Assembly: GCA_951406725.2 (NCBI GenBank)
Contig: OX597835.1
Span: 27,838,001 to 27,902,000 of the forward strand
DNA length: 64,000 nucleotides
Direction: 5' to 3'
From: Octopus vulgaris
Taxonomy: Eukaryota
A program made the translations under genes and the position numbers. Under the pieces are notes generated by a model. The model searched no databases. It was given only the letters and a program-made list of their open reading frames with translations, and was not told the DNA's origin. Positions 1-12,082 of the stretch are shown piece by piece; the stretch's first letter is position 1, and each line of letters starts with the position of its first letter.

Positions 1-71
1 CCACTGTTAACAATAGTTAACATAGCAAGCAACAACAAAAAGGAAAGAGAAAATAAGAATCCAAAAATAAC

Positions 72-189
72 CTGATTAGAATGGTGAATTTTTCGAAGTG
101 GAAGCCAATGAAGTCCAAGAAGGCTGTCCCACAACATTCCTTTATTCCATACTTCAATAATCAATCCAGTGTCAAGTCTCATGGTTTCA
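72..189 (-). CDS. unc-13: unc-13/Munc13 C2A-domain coding exon (equivalent to vertebrate UNC13 exon 4)
   Basis: Minus strand reads ttttttcag|T GAA ACC ATG AGA ... AAT CAG|gttatt, 118 nt. Translation: (F)ETMRLDTGLIIEVWNKGMLWDSLLGLHWLPLRKIHHSNQ, matching the recalled Munc13 C2A motif [32 protein letters not shown]. Phase fits the upstream exon (TT|T = Phe). Not in the ORF track. Confidence 0.95.
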
Positions 190-312
190 CTGAAAAAAAT
201 AAAGATAAAAACAATAAATAAGTAATTGATGAATTTGATTTTTAAAAAAAATGAAAATTAAAGAATTACGGCTTGATTTCTTGTAGGGACACAATACTTC
301 GTTATGCGACCA

Positions 313-522
313 TACTCTTTACTCTTTTACTTGTTTCAATCATTTGACTGCGGCCATGCTGGAGTACCGCCTTTAGTCGAGTAAATCGACCCTGGGACTT
401 ATTCTTTGTAAGCCCAGTACTTATTCTATCCGTCTCTTTTGCCGAACCACTAAGTGACAGGGACGTAAACACACCAGCATCGGTTGTCAAGCAATGCTAG
501 GGGGACAAACACAGACACACAA

Positions 523-553
<31 letters not shown>

Positions 554-709
554 CGACAGGCTTCTTTCAGTTTGCGTCTACCAAATCCACTCACAAGGCA
601 TTGGTCGGCCCGAGGCTATAGCAGAAGACACGTGCCCAAGATGCCATGCAGTGGGACTTAACCCGGAACCATGTGGTTGGTAAGCAAGCTACTTACCACA
701 CAGCCACTC
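313..709 (-). mobile_element. tRNA-derived SINE family A (~400 bp, central TA/TG microsatellite, GTAAAAGA-type tail)
   Basis: Head GAGTGGCTGTGTGGTAAG...GGTT(C)AGTCCC. About 20 full or partial homologues in the window. Confidence 0.85.
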
Positions 710-1614
710 ACAACTACCAAGAATATTGGTTGAAAATTTTGGCGCAAATTTTGGGGAAAGGGATGGTTGATTACATCAGCTCCAGTATTCAACTAGTACT
801 TCTTTTCTTGACCCCCAAAATGATGAAGGGCAAAGTCAACCTTGATGGAATTTGATCTCAAGACGTGAAGACGGAAGAAATACTGCTAAGTATTTCACCC
901 ACCACGCTAGCGTGAGACAAACACCAACGTCCAACTGTGACGGACTCAATAATTGTTGAGAGATATCTCTCTGAACATGAAACCAATGGTAGCCTAGCTA
1001 ACCCACAAGTAAAGTATGTACATATATATTGTTGTGTCTTAGCACATAGATATGGTATCATCATTTGATACATGTTTTTCACTCAATCTCTCTCTCTCTC
1101 CCTCTCTCTACATATATATATATGTAAAATAAATATATGTTCCTTCTCGAGCCATGCCAGGCTCATAAGAGCCGGTTTCCTGGTTTCAGTGGCGTAGAAA
1201 CTCCCCACTTGGATGGGACACCAGTCCATCACAGGATTACTCCTTTCTACCAGCTGAATGGACTGGAGCAACGTGAAAATGAAGTGTTTTGCTCAAGAAC
1301 ACAACGCATCGCCCAGCCCAGGAATCGAAACTACAACCTTACGATCATGAGTTCAACACCCTAACCACAAAGTCACATGCCTCCACACTCACATACATAC
1401 ATATATATATGTGTGTGTGTGTGTGTATAATATATATATATATATATAATATATATATCGGATATATTCCTGTACTACAGTTTCCGCCTATCCGGTTCCA
1501 CTCACAACACATTGGTCAGCAATAATAATCTCTAAATATAACAACAACCTACACAAAGAGACTTATTTTGTTTTGAGAAGAATATGGAAAAAGAAATTTC
1601 CGATTTTAGTCATG

Positions 1615-1658
<44 letters not shown>

Positions 1659-2569
1659 GCAACTAAAATTATACGTAATCGTTTTAAAAATCTTTAATTA
1701 AATTCCACTGCAATTACAATTCATCAATTTTTAATATGCATAAGCAATTATTTTGGGAGATTTTAAAATTAAAACAACTATTATGACAGGTCAGTCGAAA
1801 TGAAATATGAAAGAGATTTAAATAAGAAAGTGAAGTCCTGTTATGCAGAAAAATCTGATGCACCACACTGCATTAACAAAGATATTTAGCTGCTTGACCT
1901 GCTAAGAATAGCAACCAAATCTCCCTCAAATATATCTGTAAGATCACAGTTTCAATTCAATTTCATAACAAGACAAAACACACATGATATGGCCAATGAT
2001 AAGTAGCTTCTATCAAGTCACTTAAGAAGGAGTTTATTGGGGTAGATTTCCTAAGATCAGAAACCCTTCGCATCACCAAACCTCACCTCTTTCCAAGCAA
2101 AATAATATTTCCCCTATGCCCAGACTATATGCATGTGTCCATTACATATATCATAATTAACATCATCATCATCATCATTCACTGTCCATTATCCATGCTG
2201 GCATGGGTTGGACAGTTTGACAGGAGCTGACCTGCTGAAGGGCTTTTCAGGTTCCCTGTCTGTTTCGGCATGGTTTCAACAGCTGCATGCCCTTCCTAAT
2301 GCCAACCACTGTACAGTGTGTACTGGGTGCTTTTACACAACACCAGCATGGGTGCTTTTTATGAGGCACCAGCACCTATGAGGCCACACCATTAGGGATG
2401 CTCAGCTGGAGGGGGTTGCAAGGGACGAGCTTGTATGCAAGGGCAACAATGCTTTTACTTGGCTTGACATGCCTTTTTAAGCACAGCAAACAACCAGAAG
2501 TCTTGGTCCCATGTCATCCTTTCTATACATGCATACATACGTACATACATACATACATACATACATACA

Positions 2570-2600
<31 letters not shown>

Positions 2601-2645
2601 GTACGTACATACATACATACATACATACATACTCTCTTTATTTTT

Positions 2646-3042
2646 CTTTTACTTGTTTCAGTCATGTGACTGTGGCCATGCTGGAGCACCTCCTTTAATC
2701 GATCAAATCGACCCCAGGACTTATTCTTTGTAAGCCTAGCACTTATTTTATCAGTCTCTTTTTTGCTGAACCGCTAAGTTACGGGGACGTAAACACACCA
2801 GCATCGGTTGTCAAGCGATGTTGGGGGGACAAACACAGACACACAGACATACACACATACATATATATATATACATACATATATATGATGAGCTTCTTTC
2901 AGTTTCTGTCTACCAAATCCACTCACAAGGCTTTGGTTGGACCGAGGCTATAGTAGAAGACACTTTCCCAAGGTGCCATGCAGTGGGACTGAACCCAGAA
3001 CCATGCGGTTCGTAAGCAAGCTACTTACCATACAGCCACTCC
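2646..3042 (-). mobile_element. SINE family A
   Basis: Full-length homologue of 313-709. Confidence 0.85.
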
Positions 3043-3733
3043 ACTCCTACATACATACATACATACATTCATACATTGGGGCCCTGGGGTATGCAACACT
3101 CTGCCTAAATACCAATCATGAGAAATTAGGCTTCTCAAAACCAGAAAGGAGAAAGCTAATTTGAAGACTAGATATGCAACTATATGCATGAGAATACATA
3201 CATAAAGCAAAACATACAAATCATATACATATATAAATACATACAAATAAGAAAACCCTATTGTTGATGTTGAAATTCCAAATGAGGAGCTTTGAATCTA
3301 GGTTAGAAATGGGTTCTTTCTCTATTGGCAAGCAATCTTCAAATAAAACTGAGCAATTACGTACATACAGCTTCTATATTCGGGTTACAAATTTACATTT
3401 ATACCAATAATAATCAGAACACTTGGATTTGTAAGTAAATGCCTAACTGTCAGCTTGGACAATGCTTGGACTTTCAGAAAAATAGAATCAACCAACTGTT
3501 TCACACATTGAAAATAGAATCTGTAAGCGGAACAGTAAAACTATGCAAGACTTTTCTCAGGTTTAAAATGTGACATCGTTTTTGTTATTACATTCCAACG
3601 ATGGAGCATTGTATCTTTGTTAGAAACCAGCTACTTCTTCAGAGAAAGAATTTAGATGACTGAAAACAAAAGAGACATATATATGTATAGTCATCTAACA
3701 TATATATGTAGACTGACATATATATACATACAT

Positions 3734-3773
<40 letters not shown>

Positions 3774-3798
3774 ATATACACACATATATATTATATGC

Positions 3799-3835
<37 letters not shown>

Positions 3836-3969
3836 CATACACACATAGGTGGGTTGGGTACAAAAATTCAGGGTGAGTACTTGATAATTGTAAGCACCTG
3901 TATATACTATTTGGTGGTGTAGGTGGTGGAGTAAATTAATCAAAATAAAAACATGATGCCAAGAATTCA

Positions 3970-4047
3970 GCGGTACATATGTTTCGGGCCTTTATTAGAC
4001 GGATTTATAACAATGCATAATGTGTGTCTATGGCCTTCTTCAGCCGC
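3970..4047 (-). ncRNA. Type I hammerhead ribozyme motif (mirror copy, sense to the unc-13 pre-mRNA)
   Basis: Reverse complement of the 4214-4291 motif, with one substitution in the helix II region. Core intact. Confidence 0.8.
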
Positions 4048-4213
4048 GCACAATTACTACTTCAAGGACTACCTCATTCTACATTGAGTGAAAGACGAGA
4101 TTGACGCTTCGTTTTTGTGCTGGTGCCACACTATGTCGTACGCGACTGTGAGGATTTGCATCCCCAACGTAGAATTTATGATGTAATACATGTCCTTAAA
4201 GTAGTAATTGTGC

Positions 4214-4291
4214 GCGGCTGAAGAAGGCCATAGACACACATTATGCATTGTTATAAATCTGTCTAATAAAGGCCCGAAACATATGTACCGC
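4214..4291 (+). ncRNA. Type I hammerhead ribozyme motif
   Basis: GCGG-CTGAAGA-A-GGCCaTAGACA...TGTCTAataaaGGCC-C-GAAA-CATATG-TA-CCGC. Helix I is GCGG/CCGC, the CUGANGA and GAAA core is intact, helix III is the palindrome ACATATGT, and the GUA triplet predicts a cut after 4287. Confidence 0.8.
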
Positions 4292-4731
4292 TGAATTCTT
4301 GGCATCATGTTTTTATTTTGATTAATTTACATACACACATATATATATATATATATGCACATTATATATATATACATATATATACTCACACACACATATA
4401 TATATACACATATATATATATATACACACACACACATATATATATATATATGCATGTATATAGTTATCTAGCAATTCGTAAGTGAAAAAAAATAAACAAA
4501 TTGGTACTCATATATCTGTCAACAGAGTAGGTACATAAATCAAAGTACACAGTATTACAGATCCAATATAGACAGTCTTACCAATCTGGCTTTGGACTGG
4601 ATATTAGATATCATCAAATTACTCAATATCCGGCATGAAACCGATTGGTAAGACAAACTGTAAAGAATCTGTAATACTGCAAACTTAGGTTTATATATAT
4701 ATATATATTGTGTGTGTGTATATACACATTT

Positions 4732-4777
<46 letters not shown>

Positions 4778-4897
4778 ATGGTTTATCAGTAATTTTCATG
4801 CTGATATGTAATACCCCTCATTGATATATGAAACACCAATGTATATATAATGTATTTTATTCAACACACCAGCCAGCTGTTGATAAAATAAGTACTG

Positions 4898-5200
4898 TGG
4901 AGGTGCAATGGTCCAGTGGTTAGGGCAGCGGACTCGCGGTCGGAAGATCACGGTTTTGATTCCCAGACCGGGTGTTGTGTGTGTTCATGGAGCAAAAACA
5001 CCTAAAGCTCCATGAGGCTCTGGCAGGGGGTGGTGGCGACCCCTGTTGTACTCTTTCTCCCCAACTTTCTCTCACTCTTTCTTCCTGTTTCTTGGGTAAC
5101 ACTGCAATGGACTGGCATCCTGTCCAGCTGGGAGAACACATACGCCTCAGAAACCGGGAAACTGGGCCCATGAGCCTGGCTAGGAATGAAAAGGGTGCAT
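4898..5200 (+). mobile_element. tRNA-derived SINE family D
   Basis: A-box TGGTCCAGTGG and B-box-like GTTTTGATTCC; shares its head with 55112-55415. A related SINE lies at ~1140-1386 (-). Confidence 0.8.
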
Positions 5201-5658
5201 AAGTAAATAAATAAAAATACGTATCAGTTAAGTACTGAGGTCAATGTAATCAATTATCCCCTTCCCCAAAAAAATTTCAGGCCTTGCGCCTTTAGTAGAA
5301 ACAATTATTTTAGGTTTTTCTATGCTGGCATGTATTTGATGAGTTATGATGTTTCAACTCAGTTCCTATTTAGAGTTGCCATCCTCTTCTCTACAGAGCA
5401 GGGATCACATATGCCTTATTTTTGGTTTAATTTCTGCAGATGGATGTCCTTCCTAATGTCAAACACTTTCTAGAGTTCACTGAGGGCATTTTATCAATGA
5501 AGCAGCACCACAGAGATCATTCTGCCCCAGCAAGTCTAACGCATCATTTCCATATATGGTTGCAATCAAATGTTTGTTCACGATAATAGACTGATATGGT
5601 GAATAGATAGTCAGGAGAGAAAGAAAACCAGAGTAAGAAGGTGATAGTAAGAAGGTGT

Positions 5659-5967
5659 GAAGGTGCATGGCTCAGTGGTTAGAGCATCAAGCTTACAATC
5701 GCAAGGTTGTGAGTTCGAATCCAGGACTGGGCTGCGTGTTGTGTTCTTGAGCAAGACACTTTATTTCACATTGCTCCAGTTCACTCAGCTGTAGAAATTA
5801 GCTGCGACGTCACAGGTGCCAAGCCGTATCGGCCCCTTTGCCTTTCCCTTGGAGAACACTGGTGGCATGGAGAGGGTAGGCTGGTATGCATGGGCAACTG
5901 CTGATCTTCCATAAACAACCTTGCCCGGACTTGTGCCTCGGAGGGTAACTTCCTAAGTGGAATCCCC
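5659..5967 (+). mobile_element. tRNA-derived SINE family E
   Basis: A-box TGGCTCAGTGG, B-box GTTCGAATCC, then GTGTTCTTGAGCAAGACACTT. Related heads at ~39712-39980 and ~50752-51080. Confidence 0.8.
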
Positions 5968-6405
5968 TCTCTTTAGCCCCTTGTGGGCAGTAAAGAAATA
6001 TGAAGGTGATAGAAGAGAGTGAAATGGAAAGAGTATGAATGTGATAGAGGGGAGAGGAATGGAAGAGAGACAGTGACTGACAGCTACATATTGGTTGTCA
6101 GTAAAACATGCATATGTATAAAAAAACATACTGCATGTGTATAGAAAATGTAATATTTCTGATGTAAAGGTGCAGGCATGGCTGTGTGATAAGAAGCCTG
6201 CTGATATATAGGTGCAGATGTAGCTGTGTGGGAAGAACCTTACTTCCCAACCACATGGTTCAGGTTTCAGTCCCAAAGCGTGGCATCTTGGATAAGTGTC
6301 TCCTTCTATAGCCTCGGGCATAGAGTACGAGTTATCATTAAGGAGTTCAAAGAAAGTGGGGTTTATATAATAAACTACACCTAGTACGGAGTCAGAGGAA
6401 ATACC

Positions 6406-6639
6406 TATTTCTTTATTACTCACAAGGGGCTAAACATAGAGGGGACGAACAAGGACAGACATAGGTATTAAGCCGATTACATCGACCCCAGTGCATAACT
6501 GGTGCTTAATCTATCGACCCCGAAAGGATGAAAGGCAAAGTCGACCTCGGCGGAATTTGAACTCACAACGTAATGGCAGACGAAATACCGCTTAGCATTT
6601 CGCCCGGCGCGCTAATGATTCTGCCAGCTCGCCACCCTT
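6406..6639 (-). mobile_element. SINE family C (GGCGAGCTGGCAGAA head) with 12-bp TSD
   Basis: TSD AGAGGAAATACC at 6394-6405 and 6640-6651. The central GAGGTCGACTTTGCCTTTCATCCTTTCGGGGTCGATA resembles recalled Deu/Nin-type SINE domains. Older copies at ~722-910, 8680-8900, 9080-9290, 14872-15080, 40243-40390, 47845-48048 and 49000-49210. Confidence 0.87.
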
Positions 6640-7234
6640 AGAGGAAATACCAGATCGGATATCAAAGAAAGCCAGCAGTAGGGAGTAGTCTAATGATTAA
6701 CAATCTGGAATGTTATACAGGTGGCGTTAATATTATTTAATTAGATAGTATAATCACCACTGCGTGAATCAGGTAATGCAACTCCGGACAATAGTCGCAG
6801 GTAAGAGATTTAAATAGTGTCTTCTATTATTTAACAAGCTCGGCACAAATAACTGTCTTTGTATAAGGATTATTTACTTAGTGGAATTGGAAAAGAACTG
6901 GGTAGGGTGTTCAGGCTGTGACTTCTAGGTTAGATACCTTTGCTATCGCTATTGCATAATACTGGGTACACCACAGATAGAATGGTTGGTTCCTTCAATA
7001 TAGAAAACCATGGAAGTATAGTAAGAGTTGTTAAGTAAAGTAATGGTAAAGAAGAACGAGACTAGGTCTCAGACAATTAAGCAGATTAATCGACTTTTGG
7101 GTCAACAATAGAGGGAGTAAATTTGATTGGCCCCAGGTCGGGAGTTGTTATAGAGGTTGTTTAGTGTCCTTAAAATGTGTAAAGGTGTGGGTAGCCTTAT
7201 GTATACTGTAGTGTACCCAGTATTATGTGTGATA

Positions 7235-8030
7235 AGGGTAGTGGTAGTGATTGTGATATGACGGTGGTGGTAACAGTGGTGTTGGTGGTAATAGTGATGG
7301 CTGTGATGGCGATGGTGGTGACAAGATGACAATGACGGAGGTGATGGTGATAGTGTTGATATGGCGATGATGGTGATGGTGGTGGTGGTGGTGGTAAGAT
7401 GACGATGATGATAAAATACCGTATTTGGCAAAAAAACATAAAAAGGAAAGAAAACAGAGCAGCAATGTGCTAACTGTTGTTCTGTGTATTTCTTATTACA
7501 AACTGATAACCAATACAACATATTCAATTACCTATACACTCCCCCAACACCTTGATAATAACACTGAGCACTTTTCCTCCTCCTACTATTATTTTTATTA
7601 TTATTATCATTATTATTATTATCATTATTATCATTATTATTATTATTATTATCATTATTATCATTATTATTATTATTATTATTATCATTATTATTATTAT
7701 TATGATCATTATTATTACTATTACTGCAGCTGCTGCTGCTAGTAGTAGTAGTAGCCACAGCAGTGGCGGTGGTGGTGGGGGTAGTGATAATGGTGGTGAC
7801 GATGCTGGTTCTGGTGCTGCTAGTCATAGCAGTAGTAGTAGCAGCAGTAGTAGTAGTAGTAGCAGCAGCAGTAGTAGTAGTAGAAGTGGCAGTGGTAGTA
7901 GCAGCAGCAATAGCAGTGATGGTGGTGGTCATGGTAGTAGTAGTAGTAGTGGTGGTGGTGGTGGTGGTAGCAGTGGTAGTGGCGACGACGACGGTGATGA
8001 TGATGACGATGACGACGGCAGAGGCAGTGG
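7235..8030. repeat. Compound trinucleotide patchwork (GGT/GAT, ATT/ATC, AGT/AGC, GAC)
   Basis: Read directly; the source of several spurious homopolymer ORFs. Confidence 0.9.
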
Positions 8031-9394
8031 CGTTGTTTTATTTAAATCAATGTCTTTTGTGATTAATATTCAAAGTAGTCTTTATTGACGTTCCAAACAA
8101 GTCTTCTTTATGTTGCTAATTCGATCCGAGAGAGATACACACAAAAACTGTACAATGATATTGTAAAACCATCGGCCTATGAATTACTGATGGCCTCAAT
8201 TAAGCATTATTATGTCATAGCAATGTTCTCCAGAGCAGCCCATTCCATTGACAACAGTTGGTGCTTTTGACCCGCAACACATTCGTCTTAGAACGTTTGA
8301 GGATTTCATATCTCCTCTTAATGATTTTTACAAATAACACAGTAGTTGTTGTTCTTGTAATAATAATAGTTATAATCATCATCATCATCGTTCAACATCC
8401 GTTCTCCATGCTAGCATGGGTTGGACGGTTCGACCGGGGATTGGGAAGCCATGGAGGCTGAACCAGGCTCTGGTCTGATCTGGCAGTGTTTCTACAGCTG
8501 GATGCCCTTCCTAACGCCAACCACTCCGTGAGTGTAGTGGGTGCTTTTTACGTGCCAGGCGAGGCTGGCAATGGCCACATTCAGATGGTGCTTTTTACGT
8601 GGCACTAGCACAGGTGCCAGGCGAGGCTGGCAACAGCCATGAACGGATTGAATAATAATAACAGTAATAATGATGATGACGGTTTCAAATTTTGCCACAA
8701 GGGCAGAAATTTGGGGGGAGGGGATAAGTCGATTACATCGACTCCAGTTTTCATTCGCTACTTATTTTGTCGACCCCCCCCCTGAAAGGATGAAAGGCAA
8801 AGTCAACCTTGGTGGAATTTGAACTCAGAATGTAGCAACAGGCGAAATACCACTAAGCATTTCATCCAGCATGCTAACAATTCTGCCAGTTCACTGCCTT
8901 AATAATAATGATAATAATGATGATGATGATGAGGAGGAGGAGGATTTCAGATTTTGGCTTCAAGGCCAGCAGTTTCATGGGAGCAGTACAAAGCCCCAGT
9001 AAACACAATATCTTCAATCAACAACATCACGGTATTGGATACTGTGTGATGTCTTAAATAATAATAATAATTATAATCTTTTCTACTAAAGTTACAAGGC
9101 CTGAAACTTTTGGTGAGTGGGATTGTCAATTATATCGAATGCAGTACGTAACTGGTACTTATTTCATTGACCTCAAAAGGATGAAAGGCAAAAACGATCT
9201 TTGCAGAATTTGAACTCGAAATGTAAGGACATACGAAGTGCCGCTAAGCATTTTACTTGGCTTGCTAACAATTCTGCCAGCTCCCCACCTTAATAATAAT
9301 AATAATAATAACAACAACAACAACAACGATGATCACTCAATGATAGTCTACTTCATTATGCAGAGTGTTTGAAAGAAAGGAGTTTAAAAAAAAT

Positions 9395-9477
9395 AGAAGA
9401 AGAAGAAGAAGAAGAAGAAGAAGAAGAAGAAGAAGAAGAAGAAGAAGAAGAAGAAGAAGAAGAAGAAGAAGAAGAAG

Positions 9478-9507
<30 letters not shown>
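9395..9507. repeat. Pure (GAA)~37
   Basis: Read directly. Confidence 0.97.
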
Positions 9508-9508
<1 letters not shown>

Positions 9509-9848
9509 GCTCTTTATCCTAAGAAAAATATTGTCTATGTAAACCTCAAAACATTTTAATCTATAAAGAGTGTTAAAATACTCTTAAATGCACGTAACAG
9601 CAAACACCTTTTACTATCATCTTAACATCAGACTATCATCTTATAATCAAATTAATTTTAGAACAAACTTGTAATTTACTTATATTTTCACAGACATTCT
9701 CTAAAACAATACTTTGTGCAAAACCAAAAATATGACACCCAAGTCACAAAACCAATTTGAACTTCTTACTTGTTGTCACTGAAGGTCCCTGGGTGAGACT
9801 TGGAGTCAACTTGTACAAACACAAAGCAAAAGCCAAACATATAATAAT

Positions 9849-9899
9849 AACTGACAAGCAAATCTGTGGTATTGAGCAGAATATTTGCTGTAGTCCATC

Positions 9900-9945
<46 letters not shown>

Positions 9946-10479
9946 GAGTGAGAGAGCAGTTCATGCCATCAAAGTGACACTGGGGTAAAATATACGAAGC
10001 CCAATATACCCATCATAACTACCCGTCTGATAAGGGTACACCAGGCACATGCATCACAACAACATGTGCGCGACATGGTGATCTCATATCAAGATAAACA
10101 GTGCATGACCTTGCAGGTGGAGCCCAGTTGGAATTTTCTTCAGGTTGAGTAGCCCATCCCGCTCAAAAAGTCCCTGAATAAGGGTTGTTTAAGGATGTTG
10201 AAAGAACCACCCATGTTTCCAGAGGTGAATTATTCAAACCCCAAAGAATCCCTCTCAACACATGGCTATGATGCTCCCCCACTACTTCTGCTCGTGATCA
10301 GAGATGCACATATCGTTAGCCACTAGGGGACATGCTCAACTGGTTACAACAACTGACAAGCAAATCTGTGGTATTGAGCAGAATATTTGCTGTAGCCCAT
10401 CTTTTATACCAAGGCAAAACAATGTACATGATAACACTTCCAATCAGTTAAGATCAGAAGCCATGAGAGCCACTGCCTG

Positions 10480-10480
<1 letters not shown>
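9849..10480. mobile_element. Interspersed repeat family F flanked by (ATT)n
   Basis: Direct repeat of ~52 bp (9849-9900 and 10351-10402); homologue in opposite orientation at ~32415-32585. Confidence 0.65.
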
Positions 10481-10511
<31 letters not shown>

Positions 10512-10699
10512 GTCATCAAGTTGGTAAAATCATTAGCATGTTGGACAAAATGCTTAATAGCATTCCTTCAGGTAGTTTATGTTCTCAGTTCAAGTTCCAC
10601 CGAGGGCAACTTTGCCTTTCAACCTTTCACAGACTCCTGACATAGAATGCATGACATAGAATAGGTGACAAGAAAAGCAGAGACAGGCAACTAAAACTT

Positions 10700-10850
10700 G
10701 TGTGGAGATATGCAACAGAGCACATCTGTCGGCTGAGGATGGGGTGTGTTGGTAAACGGTTCCTTGCCAATCAACTAAATGGCTTTCTTTTGGATGTAGT
10801 CTTGGATGTTTTTATGTGCAGCATCATGATGTTCTATTTTCTCAGAACTA
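10700..10850 (-). pseudogene. Possible degenerate CR1/L2-group LINE fragment
   Basis: DYIQKKAI*LIG resembles LDRIQRKAIRLIG; short and decayed. Confidence 0.35.
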
Positions 10851-11340
10851 ATAATATACAGCAGTGTCGGCAATTCTGCTGACTCATCTTCATTACAACA
10901 ATGAAATTGGTTTGGAAAAACTAACAGAAGTTTTTCGAGAAACGGTAAAGTCACCAGACATTCCAGATATAAAAAGAAAATTGAAGAGAAGCTGAAGCAC
11001 CATGATAAAAGGAAAAGAAAACAAGAAGAAATGACCTTTCATTATAGAAATAACTCAATCTATGGCATTTGGTTTATAAATGTGTATGCTTGCATATATA
11101 TATATATATATATAATGTAATAATTTATATTTGGGTATTCATAAGTATATTATCACTTAATGTCTGTTTATTCCATACTGGCATGGGTTGGATGGTTTGA
11201 CAAGAACAGACAAGCTGGAGGACTCCACTAGGTTCTACCTTTGCTTTGGGATGCTTTCTATATCAGGGTGCTCCTTCTTGATGCCAACCACATAACCAAG
11301 TGTACTGGGTACTTTTTACATATGTATATATGAATACATA

Positions 11341-11479
11341 CTGTTGTGTCTCGGGAGAGTCATTTTCTTTTTGTGCTTTATAATTTAACACACTCACTGG
11401 TAAGATTTCCTCTTATTCTTTATTTTTATTTTCCTAAAATTTTCATTGCGTCTTGCAGCCTTTTCAATAGTCTTGACTC
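11341..11479 (-). mobile_element. Short repeat with a minimal hammerhead-like motif, U3-A8 core (11434-11470)
   Basis: Minus strand CTA-TTGAAAA-G-GCTGC-AAGAC-GCAAT-GAAA-ATTT-TAG. Homologues at 12083-12343 and 46894-47143. Confidence 0.6.
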
Positions 11480-11747
11480 TGTCCGTTATTTACACTGCCA
11501 TAATTTACATATATATATATATTTACATATAATCTTATAAATATATATATACCATCATCATCATCCTTTAATGTCCGCTTTCCATGCTAGCATGGGTTGG
11601 ACGATTTGACTGAGGTCTGGCAAACCAGACTCCAATCTGATCTGGCAGAGTTTCTACAGCTGGATGCCCTTCCTAACGCCAACTACCCCAAGAGTGTAGT
11701 GGGTACTTTTACGTGCCACCAGCACGAGGGCCAGTTTGGTGGTACTG

Positions 11748-11811
<64 letters not shown>

Positions 11812-12082
11812 ATATATATTCATAGTTATAGTATATTCTGTTAAGAACATAGCAGAGTACAGTATAAAGCTCATCCATCTTCAGATTTCACCCTGTGCTA
11901 TCCAGTAGTAGTATTATAAGTACTTCCAGGTTTGTGTTTGGGCCTTTGTCATGTGTGAATAGATAACTGAAAAGATTTGGAGTCAACAAGAAGGAGTAAA
12001 GTTGGGCATTTATTTTTAATGACTACAATTGTTTCTATGCAAAATACATATAGTACATGTATGTATATTTATATATATACAT

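Larger units (their letters stand above)
3931..4330. mobile_element. Inverted repeat (139-bp arms, 122-bp spacer), probably a Penelope-like inverted pseudo-LTR relic
   Basis: 3931-4069 is the reverse complement of 4192-4330, with 2 mismatches seen. Each arm contains a hammerhead motif. The PLE origin is inferred. Confidence 0.8.

Noticed and set aside
3260-3670. Two related segments (ATTCCAA..GA.GGAGC.TTG.ATCT..GTTAGAAA) as further hammerheads
   Set aside because: GAAA is present but there is no recognisable CUGANGA core or helix I in either copy.
5659-5735. tRNA gene (also the heads at 4898, 20920-20993, 50752 and 55112)
   Set aside because: A and B boxes are present, but there is no complete acceptor stem and each runs into a SINE body.
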